Notes: generated by a model not told the origin, from the sequence alone. DNA of 64,000 nt from Yuukianura sp. NJ FZ-2021 (GCA_046563655.1 CM102283.1:9300001-9364000), one strand, 5' to 3'; counted from the stretch's first letter, positions 1 to 13,900 are shown. A program made the numbers and translations.

Positions 1-1
1 T

Positions 2-277
2 CGGTACGAACGTCAAGTTTTTGAAGACGACGCAGACTCAGATGGAGAAATGGCTTTGGATTTTAGCAATAACAACAACACTTACAAACAGCAAGGGCAG
101 AAACAGCTTTTGTGCAAATTCTGTGAAATTGCATTTCCGGATCAAATTTTATACCAAATGCATATGAGTTACCATTCACAGGAATCGGATCCTTTTGTTT
201 GCAAAAAATGTGGAAAACGAACACAAGACAAAATTTCATTTTGTCTTCATCTCAACACAGATTCTCACTCAAACTAA
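2..277 (+). CDS. hb: Hunchback/Ikaros-family C2H2 zinc-finger protein, C-terminal part (5' truncated by the window)
   Basis: The frame is open from base 2 (RYERQVFEDDADSDGEMALDFS). It ends in the paired fingers CKFC..LYQMHMSYH and CKKC..FCLHLNTDSH, matching the Hunchback/Ikaros C-terminal dimerisation fingers. ALDFS resembles the PLDLS motif. Confidence 0.8.
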   Translation, partial: RYERQVFEDDADSDGEMALDFSNNNNTYKQQGQKQLLCKFCEIAFPDQILYQMHMSYHSQESDPFVCKKCGKRTQDKISFCLHLNTDSHSN

Positions 278-3200
278 CTTTTTAAATGATTTTTAAGGTC
301 CTAAATTGCACATAACGTCAAAATGCGGGTAAAAACGATTTTAAAAAATATAATTTCTAGTCTAAAAAATAGTAAAACATAAGTTGTCATTTGTGGCACA
401 CAAAAAAATGACAAGCGGAGAATATTTTTCAACTCTTTCATTTAGAAACACAAACTAAATTTTTGTGCTATTTTTTGTCAAAAATGGAAATGGATTACGG
501 GTAAATTATATTTTGAAATCCATACGGGGAAGAAACAACTAAAAAAGCAATTGTGTACAAAACTAAATTTTGAAAAAACTAAATTTTCTTAATGGATTTT
601 AGATTCTGCAGTAGTTTAAAAATATAAGCTTAGTTAACATTGTTACAAAAAGTAGCAAAGTGGTCATTACGGGTATAACTGACTGTATTATACTTTAGTT
701 GATAGGAATATTTTAGTTCCTTTCTAAAAATAATTTTGATGTAGATTTTCAAAATTATCAACTGTACAACAAACTACCTCAAAAATACAAATTTGCAAAA
801 AAATTGCACAACAAGATTAAGAAGATACATAACTAAAATGTGTATATATTTTTTGTAAGAAAAAAATAGTTTTTAGTACACGCTGTCTAAACCCAGCACC
901 AGCACTGCAAAAAGTTCCTATTTTTTGTACAAAGAAAAACTGTAAAAATAATATTCTTGTACAAATTTTTATAAATTTTAGTTGAATTCACTTGACTCAA
1001 TACTTTTAAAAAATTTCTTATTGTTTGCTAAATTAGCAATTTTGGATGCTCCAAAATGGCCAAAAGCCAATCAGACCAACCTAATTTTTGCAACAAAACT
1101 CACTTTTTTTCGTTTTATGAAATCCTAGTCTGCCTAATCATTTTCTCCTGTAGCATTAACTAAATTCAGTTGCAGTAGTTACGTAATGTTAGTTAATTTA
1201 CCCACCATAATTTTAGTTAATTACTGACCTTTTAAGTTAAAATCCACCCCATACTAATTTCCTTCTGAAATAAATTAAAAAGTGAAGAAACTCGGTCATT
1301 TCTTGCCTAATTTTTAAATTTGAAGTCAAAAACGCTAATTTTTGTGATTCTTTCATTTAAATTCATTGATTAACCTTAGTTATATTGCACGACTGAGTTA
1401 GTTACGTTATAAATTGAGGTCATGACCATGTCACGACCATGTCAATTGGTAGGATGACATGAGAATGGATGATGAGGAAGCGACTGTAGCAGTGCGTGAC
1501 TGCAGTGGTGTCATTAAGGCCATCAGTAGGTCGGGCAGGCGCTAATTACAAACTTCACTTTTTAGTACAAAGAAAAGGAGGAGATGTTTGTCAAATTGCT
1601 TCTGCTTTTAAGCACAAACAAATTAAACTGTGATGCAATACTGCAGTTTTACAGATTCAATCTTAAGAGCAAAAGAAAACCTCGGAAGTTGATGAAGGAA
1701 CAATCGGTTTGCACACAGACTCATTTTTTTTACGTCTTCTGTCATCATGACAGATCCACAAACTTTTTGAATTTGTATAGAAATTGTTATTTGGATTGTT
1801 GCACAAGTAGGTCTCTTCCTCACCTCCAAAAATAAAAACAACTTCAACTAAATTTTACAGTTGTCATTTTTAGTACTAACTAATTCCCAAAATAAAAATC
1901 ACGCAAACTCTTAAAAAAACACGAAACGAAAACATCATCCGAAAAGAAAACATTGACCCACATGCTCTCTTGTAAAAAAATCCACGTTTTGAAACGCTCA
2001 AAGGAAATTGCATTTTCCAAAACTAATTGCAAGTTTTAACTTTTACCTGCTTTAAGATGTAAACAAACCGCAAATAATTAATCAGAGGATGCGATTAATT
2101 GATTGATTGTGTCCAATCGATTGATTAATGAGACTCAAATTTTGAATTCATGAGGTCAAAAAATCTGACAGATCAAGATCATGAATCACAACTACAAGAA
2201 AAAGTTCAATCGGCTTCCAAATAGACAGAAAAAGAAAAGCGAAGCGTGTCTTGTGCAAATTTTGGGATCCAATCAAGGAAGTCCATTTTGATTCTCGCAA
2301 AAAAAAACTCAAATTGGCAATGAAGTGGAGTTGTACGCTGCAAGGGAAGTTTTTAATAAAAGGGAAAGCTTCTGATGTCACTTTCATTTTAATTTGAGAC
2401 TTAAACTTTCATTTAAAATCTCCAATTCATTAAGCTCCTTACAGTTTTTTTTAGTTCCAAATTAATTACGGCTTAAGGAAATCACAATTTTTTGTAACAA
2501 AATTTATAAAAATTAGTCTCAACTGCCAAAACACAAAAACAGAGGAATTTTTAATTTCAATTGGAGATTAAGCAGTCAAGAGAAATTGGTAAAACATGAT
2601 CAAGCAAAAGCTTTTTTGTTTTGGCAAATCCAGCTTTAAGCCGTGAAAGTTTGCAAAATTGACGTCAATGTCATCTTCACTTCCTCTCACAGCTTAATTT
2701 ACATTCCAACAAAAAATTTTGGTTTTCATTTCAACTTTTTTGTCAAAGACAATAAAACTCTACACATCGTCTCAAATTACAGTTTTGAATTTCAACATTT
2801 CAAGTTTTCACTAAAGAAAAAAGATTGCTCTGCCCAAAACTTCCTTTACAGTTTTGCCATTTCTTTCTTTTTAGCAATGAAACTGAAAACTAAGCCAAAA
2901 CCACCATTTCAATATGAACTCAAACCAAAACTGTTTTGCACTTTGCCAAAAAAAAAGTGCATGCGCAAGAAGGGGAGGTTCAACGAGTTCATGAATCACA
3001 AAAACTGCAGTTACTTTCTATTTCTTCTTAAAAACTTCGTAAATTGGAAAAACCTGACAGGGTTAATTGACATTTGCACTTTAAATCATCCAAATGGATC
3101 CTCCATCTTCACGATTCTAACAAACCGGATTCCTTCAATTGTCAAAATCAACTGTCATTTTTCCTTTATAATAAAAAAAACCGTGACTTTGTAAAAATGT

Positions 3201-4064
3201 AAATGAATAAAAGTCTATGATTATGTCATAACTCGCGTCACAATACAATTGTTGTCTCTCTGCCAATTTCCCTCTTAAGATCTTAATCTCAGTGCAAAAT
3301 TTCTTCTTCCGGCCTAATTCTGTCATCACTTCCTTCCGTCCGCTTCTTCGTCATTCCACTTCACTTTTTACATAAAACATCTTACATAAAATTTTTACAT
3401 AAAATGAAGTCGTATCCCGTTGATCTTGTTTTCTTAAGGATTCAAGCTTCATTATGTCTACTGTAATTGTAAACCTCATTTGCATTCTCGTCAAATTGTG
3501 CGTGAGAAGCACAACGTTCAACAAAGTGTGAAATTTTCCACTCACGCAACAAAAAATGTCCACTTTAGTCAAAATTTGCCACCACCTCTTAATTACCCCA
3601 AAGGCAAAAGTAATTAAATTAAAATTAAATTAAAAACGACAAGGAGCCAAAAGTGTCAATTTTCTCAAAAATTGATAAAAATATTGAACAAGTTGAGTAA
3701 TTAAGTTTAGTAAAGCAACAAATAATGAAAGTACTAAAGTTATAGTACACGTAATGGATTTCGAGTACGAAAAGAAGTTCGAGAGGGGTTGGAAATTGCA
3801 ATAACTTTGGCAAATCGTAAGCTCTTAAGAGGATTAATTTGGTTTGGGTGAGCACAAGGGTGCCTTTGCGAAAAATTAGTTTGCAAAAAATTGCACAGCA
3901 TTGTTATGTCTACTCTCCTTTGTTATGTTATTGTTTTCTTACGTTTCTGAGTCAGTCCATCTTTGGCAGTTCAAGTGAAAAGGGCATGCACTCTCCATTT
4001 CATACTCAACTTTCCAAAAAATCAAGTGCGAAATAATTTTCAAATTGGTCCTCACAATTACAAG

Positions 4065-7000
4065 ATGTGGACCACTAAATTCCTGGTAAGACACGTAGCT
4101 CTAGTTTTTGTTAAAAAGCTTTAGTCTCACAAAAATTTTGCACTTTTTTTTCAAAATTTTTTCATAGGATTTCAATTTTGACAAAAGAAAAGTGTAGAAA
4201 TCATTTTGTTTTTTTAGGTTTTAGCCTATTTTGCACTGCTAATTTCTCTTGTGGCTTCTCACGAAACCTCTACGCAAAAACCCAAACGGAAACAAAGATA
4301 TCGAATAGTCAAAGTTTATACACGGAGATTCAAAAATAACGCAACTGCGCAGGCACAGCTTCTGTCTACTGCGCAGCCTCTGCAAGTTATCCCAGCCGAA
4401 AGATGGGCGTATCGTCAAAAACTAAAAACTTCAGAGGAAAAACCAGAACTTCCACGAGAAATGCTGCAAGGTGAAGCCGACTCTTCGCGGAATACGGTCA
4501 ACCTAGGTCAAATGGACCTCGAGAACTTTGATGTCGGAAAACTATTGGCTGCTGCTGGTCATGTGACTGGAGGTGATCCATTGGCACCAACAGTCATTCG
4601 ATTCTCGGCTCCTTCCGGCGACTCTCAACTGGATCCCGAGTATCTCTCAAAAATACTAAGAGAGCAGTTAGGCCAAGATGCTCAGTTTCAAATAATGCCA
4701 GCATCTGGAAATGCTGGGGACAACGCAAATTTTAGGCAGATCTACAACGCCAAACCATCACAACAATCAAGAGAAGAACAAAATTCAAAACAGCAAGGAC
4801 GGCAAAATCCACCTCCACAGCAAAATCTAACGCCACCCACACAGCAAAATTTAAATCCACTACCACTGCAAAATTCAAAACAACCGCCACCACAAAACTT
4901 AAAACACGCGCCAACGGCGCGTCCTGCTCCTCCAGTTCACCACTTTTCAAAAGAAAACACTTTTCCCGCCGTTTTGCAAAATGGAAAAGCAGTTGAAATT
5001 AAAAATCACGGGACTAACTATCAAGGTCACCAGGTAACAACACCAGCCAATCACATTCCAGCATTCTCCACAACAGCCAATCACAATTCAGCCTACTCCA
5101 CAACAGCCAATCACAATCCAGCATACTACTCCACTACCGAACTTCCCAAAACTCACTATTCAAAACCAACCAAGAAATATCCTCTGTATCCAAGAAATCC
5201 TACGGGGTCACAGGGCGCCAATTTCAGTGGATTTAAAATCCATACAGCAATTCCCACTCAACCTCCTAAAATTCAAAATACCGATTTTTTCGCGGGTCAC
5301 TCCAGCTTTACTTCAGCAGTAGAAGCTGCTGCTGCTGGATATTCAACACTCAGCCAAGAGATGACAGCACCCGGACTTGCACCAGCAGTTACAGGTCAAT
5401 ATCCAGACTGGAACAAAGGTCACGAAGGTCAACTGCCGACCACTTCTGATCAGCAAGGTAAAAAGTACTCTACAACTTTTGTAAGAGGATTTACAGATAA
5501 AGACGTCGGTCAACCACTCCCCCCGGGTCAACAAGGTCAAGTACCCTCGGGTCAACCACAGAAAGAGGCAAGTCAGCTGACCAAGGTCAAGGTTTTACCA
5601 GAAGGTAGACATTATAATCCCGGTCCTACACAGAAAGCTGAACCAAATTTAAAAATTTCCGCACCCAAGGCGCGTGGTGAGCCCACCGGAAGCGCGTCTT
5701 CTGCACAGGCATGGGAGGCTTCAGGCTACTACAAAGGTCAACAAAGTGAAGAAACTGGTCAGCAGGGGTCATCCGAGTCATGGGGAGGTCAACCCCATAG
5801 TGAGCATGCGCAGTCACATGATGCTGGAAAACTCAAATTCGGCCCATCAAAAATAGAATACGGTCCCCCGCCACCTAGCGGAGGCTACAGCGACTACCAA
5901 TCACAGTCACCCCCTACGGAATACGGCCCACCCCCACACCACCCAAAAATAACTAAAACAATTTACATAAACCTGCCACCCGAGGGAGCGTCGACCACCA
6001 GCACTCCGAAACCCTACAAACACCACAACCACCAGTACGTCCTTCCACAAAAACACTACAAAATAGTTTTCATTAAAGCTCCAACGGCCCCACCCACTGA
6101 AGAACCCGAAATTGAACTACCCCCACCCACCCCACAAACCAAAACAATCATTTACGTTTTACACAAAAAACCAGAGCCACCAAAAAAAGTTGTCATCACG
6201 GCCCCACCATCAACTGAGCCACCATCACCAGAAGTATTTTTCATTCAATACAATGACAAAGAGAAACAGAAATCGGAAGAAGCAAACAACGAAAGCGGGT
6301 GGAATAAACCGAAGAACGATGGCGGTTGGAGTAAGCCAGAAACACCAAAATGGGAACAGAAAAATGACGGTTGGAGCAAACCGGTACCGAAATCGGAAGA
6401 GCCGAAAAACCACGGCTGGAAATCGACGAGTTCAGAACAATCAAAACCGGAACAGAAAAACCACGGCTGGAAATCGACGAGCTCGGAGCAGTCGAAACCG
6501 GAACAGAAAAATACCGGTTGGGGCAAATACGAACCGACACAGAGTGTGCAATGGGATGACGTTCAAGACCAAGGTGGTTGGAGTAAACCAGAAACTACTG
6601 TAAACTCAGTCTGGGAAAAACAAAAAAGTCAAGTGTGGGGCAACCCGGTACCTTCTACCGGTACCAGTACCGGTTGGGATTCAGAACCGACGACACAAGA
6701 AGAAACGGATTCGGATTGGACCAAAGACGATAAAAACTCAGGTTCCGGTTGGAGTACCGGCACAGATTCGAAGTGGGAGGACCACAAAACATGGAGTACC
6801 GGACCAGATACCGGAACAAAATGGAACGAACCCAAAAATCAAGGCTGGTCGTCAAATTCAAAACCCGGTAAAGTTGAAAAACTTGAAGTTTCGCGGGAAA
6901 GTTCGAGTTGGGGTCGTCCGAAAATCAATAGTGAAGGTTGGTCACCGATTTTTAGCGGAAAAGAGCATCAAAACTATGACGACCATACACAGGGGTATCC

Positions 7001-7103
7001 AGAGGATGGTTACCAAGCGGCTGCTTCTGCGTCCGCACCCATGCGCGTCAGTGTTATCAAAACAGTAACCACCAAAATTTGTGCACACAACAAGCCGTGC
7101 TAA
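4065..7103 (+). CDS. Secreted Tweedle-family (DUF243) cuticular protein; 2 exons (4065-4085, 4218-7103)
   Basis: Exon 1 MWTTKFL|gtaag joins ttttag|VLAYFALLISLVAS in frame to give a signal peptide. The four Tweedle blocks lie at about 5949-6251: TKTIYINLPP, KHYKIVFIKAP, KTIIYVLHKKPE, PEVFFIQY. Confidence 0.85.
6404..6512 (+). repeat. 51-bp coding tandem duplication (KNHGWKSTSSEQSKPEQ x2)
   Basis: Two near-identical units are visible in both DNA and protein. Confidence 0.85.
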
Positions 7104-7727
7104 TCACAATTAACTTAATTTTGAAATAAAATTTGAAAACAAAATTAAAAATTTGAGTTTTAGTTTACAACTATTCCGGTATTAGTTTTAGAAAGTGTCG
7201 ACTCTAGTCGTTTGGTAAACATAAATTAATTAAATTACTTTACATTTTAATGCAAAAAAAAATATTAATATAGAAAAGGTTCCTTGGCACAGACAAATTG
7301 TGGAAGAAATGTGAAGTGTATGTGAACCAAAACTTATGAATTTCCGTGTAGCATTTTAAGATTTACGATGAAAATTTAAAGTTAAGGAAGCATTTCTTCC
7401 ATTTTTTTTTCTTTGCTCTGCTTGATCTACTTCTCATAAAATTAAGTTTTTACAAAGCAACAAGCGAAAACAAACAAAAAGAGAAAGTTTTTAACACGCA
7501 ACATTGCTAATAACTTGATACACTTTATATTATATTACTTCATTAAAAAAATTACGCCTAGGGCCGAATTACTAGTAATTAGTAATTAAACTTTTGTATA
7601 ATTTGTACCTCAAATAAAAAAAATATACTTGTTTCAAAAATTCCCAACAACACAATTTCAGATTATCTTTGATGATTTTTGATGAATTTGCAGAAATTTT
7701 GGTTTTTCTAGATCTATTGCTGGCTTT

Positions 7728-7741
7728 GTTGTCATAGCAAC
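7728..7741. promoter_or_regulatory. RFX X-box upstream of CASC1/DNAI7
   Basis: GTTGTCATAGCAAC fits the X-box consensus GTHNYY-AT-RRNAAC and lies about 190 bp upstream of the ATG of an axonemal gene. Confidence 0.7.
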
Positions 7742-7928
7742 ACCACGTGAAAAAAAAACTAAAAAATATAAAACAAATATACTAACTGAAATTGGCTGCG
7801 TGACAGCAAATTGTAGTTTTTGTAATAATTTTTTTTGTAAGTTTAGGAAGTCAATTTGTAGCTCATACTTTTAGTTAAGCTTTTTTTGTAATTGACACAA
7901 GAGTAGGAGAAAACTTGTAATTGGAAAG

Positions 7929-10900
7929 ATGCCGAAGAAGAAATCTCGCAGTAGAAGCAAATCCAAGCGACCAAAGGTAAGGCCAAAAGGTCAATGACCT
8001 TTGACCTGCACTATTCCTAGAAAATACACCTAAAATTGTGTTTTGTAGGGAAAACGGAGCAAATCCAAGCGCTCGAAATCAAAACTCCAAAAGAAGACGA
8101 GGAATGCCAAAGAAGTAATTTCCGAGACACAGCCAGAAGTAGATGAAGCTGAACCCACCTCGGAGGTCAATGACCCCAACACAGAGGTCATTGACCCCAC
8201 TGCCGAAGCCTCTGATACCAAACCTCCACCGGCTGAAACGAAAGGCGGCAAAAAGGGCAAAAAATCTAAAGACAAGAAGGCAAAGAAGTCAAAATCAAAA
8301 AGTGGTTCCAAATCCGTAAGTTTTCAATTACATCCAATAAAAAAACCCAAATCTTCAAAATTCTAAAAACCTTGCACTCTTTTTTTAGAAAGGGAAAAAA
8401 GACAAAAACAAATCAAAAAGTAAATCGGTAAGTTTATCACCACCATTACAATTCATAGCCACACGAAATTTCGGAAAACGTTGTTATTTGTTTCTATTTT
8501 CAAAAAATTTAGAAAGACAAGAAAAAAGACCGAGGTCGATCCAAATCCAAAAAGAAAGGCGGTCGCAGCAAATCTTCAAAATCTGGCAAAAAATCAAAAT
8601 CCGTAACCACAATACACCAAAATTCAAAATTTCAAAATTTACAAATTTGACTATTCTCAACGCCATTCAAATCTTTTTCGTTTCAGAAGTCTAAAGGAAA
8701 GGGAAAGTCAAAATCCAAGGTAATGATGTAGTAGGATCAATCAAATAAGGACTACCAGCATGATCCTTTAAAAAAAAAAACAGAAATTTTGAAAAACCAG
8801 ATTTTAAAAATGCTTTTTGAAAACGTGATTTTAAAAGTACTTTTGGAAAACTGCTTTTCAGGATGGCGGAAAAGGAAAAGGGAAGAAGGGGTCAAAGGGC
8901 AAAGGGAAAGGCGGGAAGAAAGGTCAAAAGGTCAAGGAGTTGACTAAAAAGCAGAAAGAAGCGGAAGAGGCCCGTATCGCTGCTGCCGCTCAAAAGCAAA
9001 CTGAGGCTGAAAATTCAAAACGACCAGAACACTTAGCTCAGTCTGCCGCCATTTTGTCAGCCAATGAAAAAGCTGTTTTTGCTTACAACCTAGCGGAACG
9101 TCTCAGAAAAGAGGTCGGTGACCTTTGACCTTTTGAAAATTGGCATAAACTGAAACTAAAACTTTAACTTTTTGATTAATTAAGTTCAATTAATTTGTTT
9201 TTAGTGGGAAGACTACATCGCTTGTCTTCCGACACCCAATGTCGCTAATCTGGTTGACGTCAATTCGTTCATGACAGAATGGATTTACGAACTGGGAGAA
9301 ACCCCTACGCTAGACGCCATTCTAGAATACTCCATCTTAGTTCTCCAGGTCATTCACCTTTTCAAATTTTGAAATTTCGAAATTTTGAAATTTCGAAATT
9401 TTGAAATGAAATTTTGAACTCCCCTTCCAGGTGATAGACGAACTGCAAGACCTCCTTCTACTTCCACCGGATAGCATCAAGATTGAGAATCTGAAAGAAC
9501 TTGGATTGGTAAAAAATCCACCGAAATTCAAAAATTTGTCAAAATTCAAAAGATTTCAAAATGCTCATTTTTTGGCAGATCTACCACGAAATGAAAGAAA
9601 AACAGAAATCTTTGATAGACGACGGAACGTACCACGTGATTCAGGATTTGACTGAATACTATGACCGAGAAGTGGGAGTATTTGAATACATTGAGCCCAG
9701 TAGTGACAACCAAATCACGCATGCCCTCTGGGGAAACCTCTTCGCCTCTCCTGACAACGATGGACACTCTTTTTCAAAATTCGGATTTCAATTTCAAATT
9801 CCCGAGTCACTACATTTTACTCCCGGAATTTACCGTGTTCTACACACAATGTACGACCACTACTCTGACACTTCCATGTCATTCTTCTCTCCAGTAGTCG
9901 AAACGGCTCTCAAACAATGTAAGAATTCCAAAAAGTTAAAAACAATTCAAATTACTTTCTTTAAAACTACTTTGGTTTTCAAAAAATTTCAGCAATCATC
10001 AACTGGATCGCCAAGAAAAACGAGGGCAAACCAGTTCCGCTGCAACTTGAATCTCCGCCAGACGATACCCTTGAAGCAGGCGACGTAAGACTTAAATTTT
10101 CACAAACAAAAAGAGGTTAAATTTTTAAAAAATCTTTAAATTTTGAACAAATTTGTATTCCGTGCCTTAAAATTTTGAACGAATTTGCATTCTCTGCTTT
10201 GAAATTTTGGACTTTGTTATCATTCGCTTAAAAATTTGAATGCAGGTGAAAAAGAAGAAGAAAAAGAAGAAAGGGAAGAAAAGTAAAAGCAAGAAGAAGA
10301 AATCGAAGAAAAAGAAGAAAAAAGGCGGAAAAGGTGATGGGCCTGACACTACGGACGGAGAGGAAGAATATGATGGTGAAGATGAAGGTGAAAGTGGCGG
10401 GAAAAAGAAGAAATCCAAGAAAAAGAGCAAGAAAAAGAGTAAGAAAAAGAAAAAGAAGAGCAAAAAGAAGAAGAAAGGGAAAAGCAAGAAGAAAAAGTCC
10501 AAATCCAAGGGAAAGAAGAAGAAGAAAAAGAAAGTGGGAGATGAGGAAAGTACGTTGACCCTTGACCTCGAGACTGACATTTGGGGGTCATCTTCTGAAT
10601 GGGAAGAAGAAGACGAAGATGAAGGAGAAGAGTATGAAACTTCTTCAGAGTGGGAAGACATTGAAGAAGAACACGAAGAACGGAAATCCGTTCCTCACTG
10701 GGCGGCAGTAAATTCAAAATTTTAAAAATCCTTCAAAAAAATTCTTCCCACTAAAAAATTTGAAGTCTAATTCTAATTGAACTTTGTCTTTTTGAAAAGA
10801 AACTCAAACAGCATCACCCAAAGCGCAAGGAAGGAAGTAAACGCAAGAAACTCACAATTTCGGAGGAAAGTGAAGCGGAATTTGAAGAAGAACAAGTTGA

Positions 10901-13900
10901 AAAGGTTTGACAAAAATTAAAAATCATATGAAACCAAGTTCAAAATTTTCTAAAAATTTGAAACTTTTCCAAAATTTTTGATCAGCCGAAACGCGTCAAA
11001 AGTCGTACTAGTACCACACACCACAAAAAACGGAAATCTACTAAGAATAAAGATCTGAATACGCTGGAATCGCTGAAATCTGTAATCAGCACAGCGATTC
11101 AAGGAATTGCCGAAAGCGATGCAAAGAAAGACCAGGATTTTATGCAAAGCGTCGGAACTGAACTGGTGGGGCTTACAATTCCAAAATCTCAAAAAATTTC
11201 CAAATTCAAAATTTTCAAAATTTTTTAAAATTTTGAACCTAGGCAAGACAACAACACCACAGAAAGAAAAGCAGCAGGAAAAGTGTGTTTTACGTTGGTG
11301 GTGAAGATGAGAGTAACAAAGATTCTGAATATTCTGATGGAGAATATGAAACAGAAGATGAAGGAGAGGATCAAAGCGATGCTGCAGCACTTGCAACTAC
11401 TGTAAGAATTTTCAAGTTTTTAAAAAATTTCCAATTTTTTAAATTTATACTTTCTAAATTTTGTGTTTTTGTTTAGAAGCCTCCAAAACCGCCAAAAGTC
11501 AAAGCAAAGAAGGGAAAGCGGAAGAAGGGCAAACGTCGCAAAAAGAAAGGAAAAAAGGGAAAGAAAAAGAAAAAAGTTCGTTTCGCTTCAGAAATTCTCT
11601 CAAACTTTTTGAAAAAAACAAACATTTTTTGAAAATATTAAAACTATGTGATAGCGCAAGCGTTCAGAAGAAATAGAAGGCCTTGGAGCCATCCTCAAAT
11701 CTTTGACCAGTTCCGCAACAAACGTGAGGGACAAAAAGAGAGGACGGTCAAAATCAGTAAGCAAACTTTTTAAACAATTTTTCCTTTTAAAAGTTGACAA
11801 CATTAACTTTCTACAAAACAGAAAAAAGGTAAAGCGAAAAAGTCAAAGTCAACGGACGGCAGTAGCGAGAGCTCAAAATCTAAAACCAAGGAAGAGTCGT
11901 CGTCGGTAATCTTTGACTTTACGGCAAAGTTAAAAAATCCAACAGTTAGCAAGCTCTCAAAATTCAATATGGTTTACAGAAGTCCAAATCAGCTAAAGCC
12001 AAAGCAGCAAAGGAAGACAAGTCAAAGGCAAAGGCAAAATCAGCTTCAAAGTCAAAGTCAAAAACAAAGTCAAAATCAAAGGACAAGAAACCCAAAACAT
12101 TGAAAAAGTCAAAATCCAAGAGTCGTGGACGTTCTAAAGCTGTAAAATTCTCAAACATAAGCAAAACCTTTTACACGCAACTTTAAACCATTTCCAAAAT
12201 TTCACAACTCATAATTTCAAAATTTCGATTTAGAAAAAGAAAGGATCGAAATCCAAATCCAAATCGCCTAAACGCTCCAAGTCCAAAACCAAAGGAAAGA
12301 AGAAATCTTCTAAAAAGAGCAAAAGTAAAAGTAAAAGCAAAAGTAAAAGTAAAAGCAAAGGTAAAAAGAAGGGCAAGAAATCGAAGAAAGGCAAGGTAAA
12401 TTAATTCCTGCTCAATATAAAAAAAAAATATTTTAGCAAAAAAAACGGTCTAATTAATATGATTTTTTAAAAATTTTGTTTTTGAAAAATAAAACTTTGT
12501 TTCTTTACAGAAGAAAGGTTCAAAAAAGAAAGGCAAAGGAAAGGGCAAGAAAGGAAAGTCAAAAAAGAAAAAAGCAAGTCCAAATTTTCACATTTTTCTT
12601 TCAAAATTTTCAACTTTAAGATCCTGTTTTACATAAACTTGTTTCTGCGTTTCAGAAAAAGGACAAAAGTGCATCAGCGGAAGGTTACAAACTTATTTCA
12701 CTTTCAAAAAGTACAAAATGCATTTTCAGTGAAAGCTGAAAAACTTCTTTTATTTCAGCACGTGACAAAGAAAAAATGGAAATAAAGCAACTGATTCCAA
12801 AACTTCATGAAAACGAGCTCAATTTAAGAAATTTTGCTGTGCAAGGAGGCGTTTACGACTTTCGATTCGTCCAAGTGCCACCACAACCAGTGGAAAAAGG
12901 CGAATGGGTTCTTCATATGAGTAAGTCACTTCAAAATTTTCAAAATCCACACTTTTTTTCTGAAATTACCTCCAAAAATTTTGAAAATTTCAGTTGAAGA
13001 TGAGCTTTGCATGAAAGACATTCCATTTTACGAGGAGTACATTGAGCCACCAATGCCACCAGAACCGGAAGCAGAAGCCCCACCACCAGGCACCACTGCT
13101 GGTGCAGACGGTGCCCCTGCAGGCCCACCCGTAGATGGAGACGAAGTCATTGCTCAATTTCTGGCAAAAGCTGAAGCCAAAGCGGCTAATAATGGAGTAG
13201 ACCCAGACGTCGATCCAACACTACCAAAGTACATTTCACAAAATTTTTCAAAAACTAAAAATTTTCAAAAAAATTTCAAAAATTTTCAGAATGCCAACTG
13301 TTCCTGATATGACATTGTATGAAACTCCAGAAGAGGCGGCAGAACGGAAAAAACAAGAATACGAGCAAAAACTGCAAGAACGTGAAGAGGAAAAGGCGGC
13401 TATGATGGAAAAACTCGTCAGTTTTAAAATCGAGTACGATTTTTATGATTCTTAAAATTTTTAAATTTGAAAGCAAACTCCTTGAACCTTTTTTCAAAAT
13501 TTCAGTTTGCCCAAAACTATGCTCTGGTTCGACCATCCTCCGACTCCGGTACGATGGGATCCGGAAGAACGAATTTGGAAACCGGAAGGATTTCAGGACA
13601 TAAAGTTTGACTACACGACAAACCGGTTTGAAGCTCGAACTCAAAGTTTCGGTACGATCGGCATCACGGCAAACAGAGTTACAAACTTTCCCTTCAAATG
13701 CTGGGAAATGATTCCGCTGGATGCCAACAAAAGCAAAATCACAGTCCACGGAGACAAAATTTCAGTCGATTTCTTGATTGAGGTAAGAAATATATCAAAG
13801 CAAACAAAAACGGCAAAGATGACAAGCAAAATTTTGCTTTTTATAGAATGACCTCGTTTGCTTGACCGACATCTACACAACTCCAGAGGAAATTGACAAA

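Noticed and set aside
381-400. Nanos response element (GTTGT...)
   Set aside because: A Box A-like GTTGT is present, but no ATTGTA Box B follows.
1584-4036. Short ORFs between hb and Tweedle, including the 183-aa ORF
   Set aside because: K/F/N-rich composition typical of translated AT-rich non-coding DNA.
6295-6945. GW repeats as Argonaute hooks (GW182-like)
   Set aside because: The protein has a signal peptide and a Tweedle domain, so it should be extracellular.
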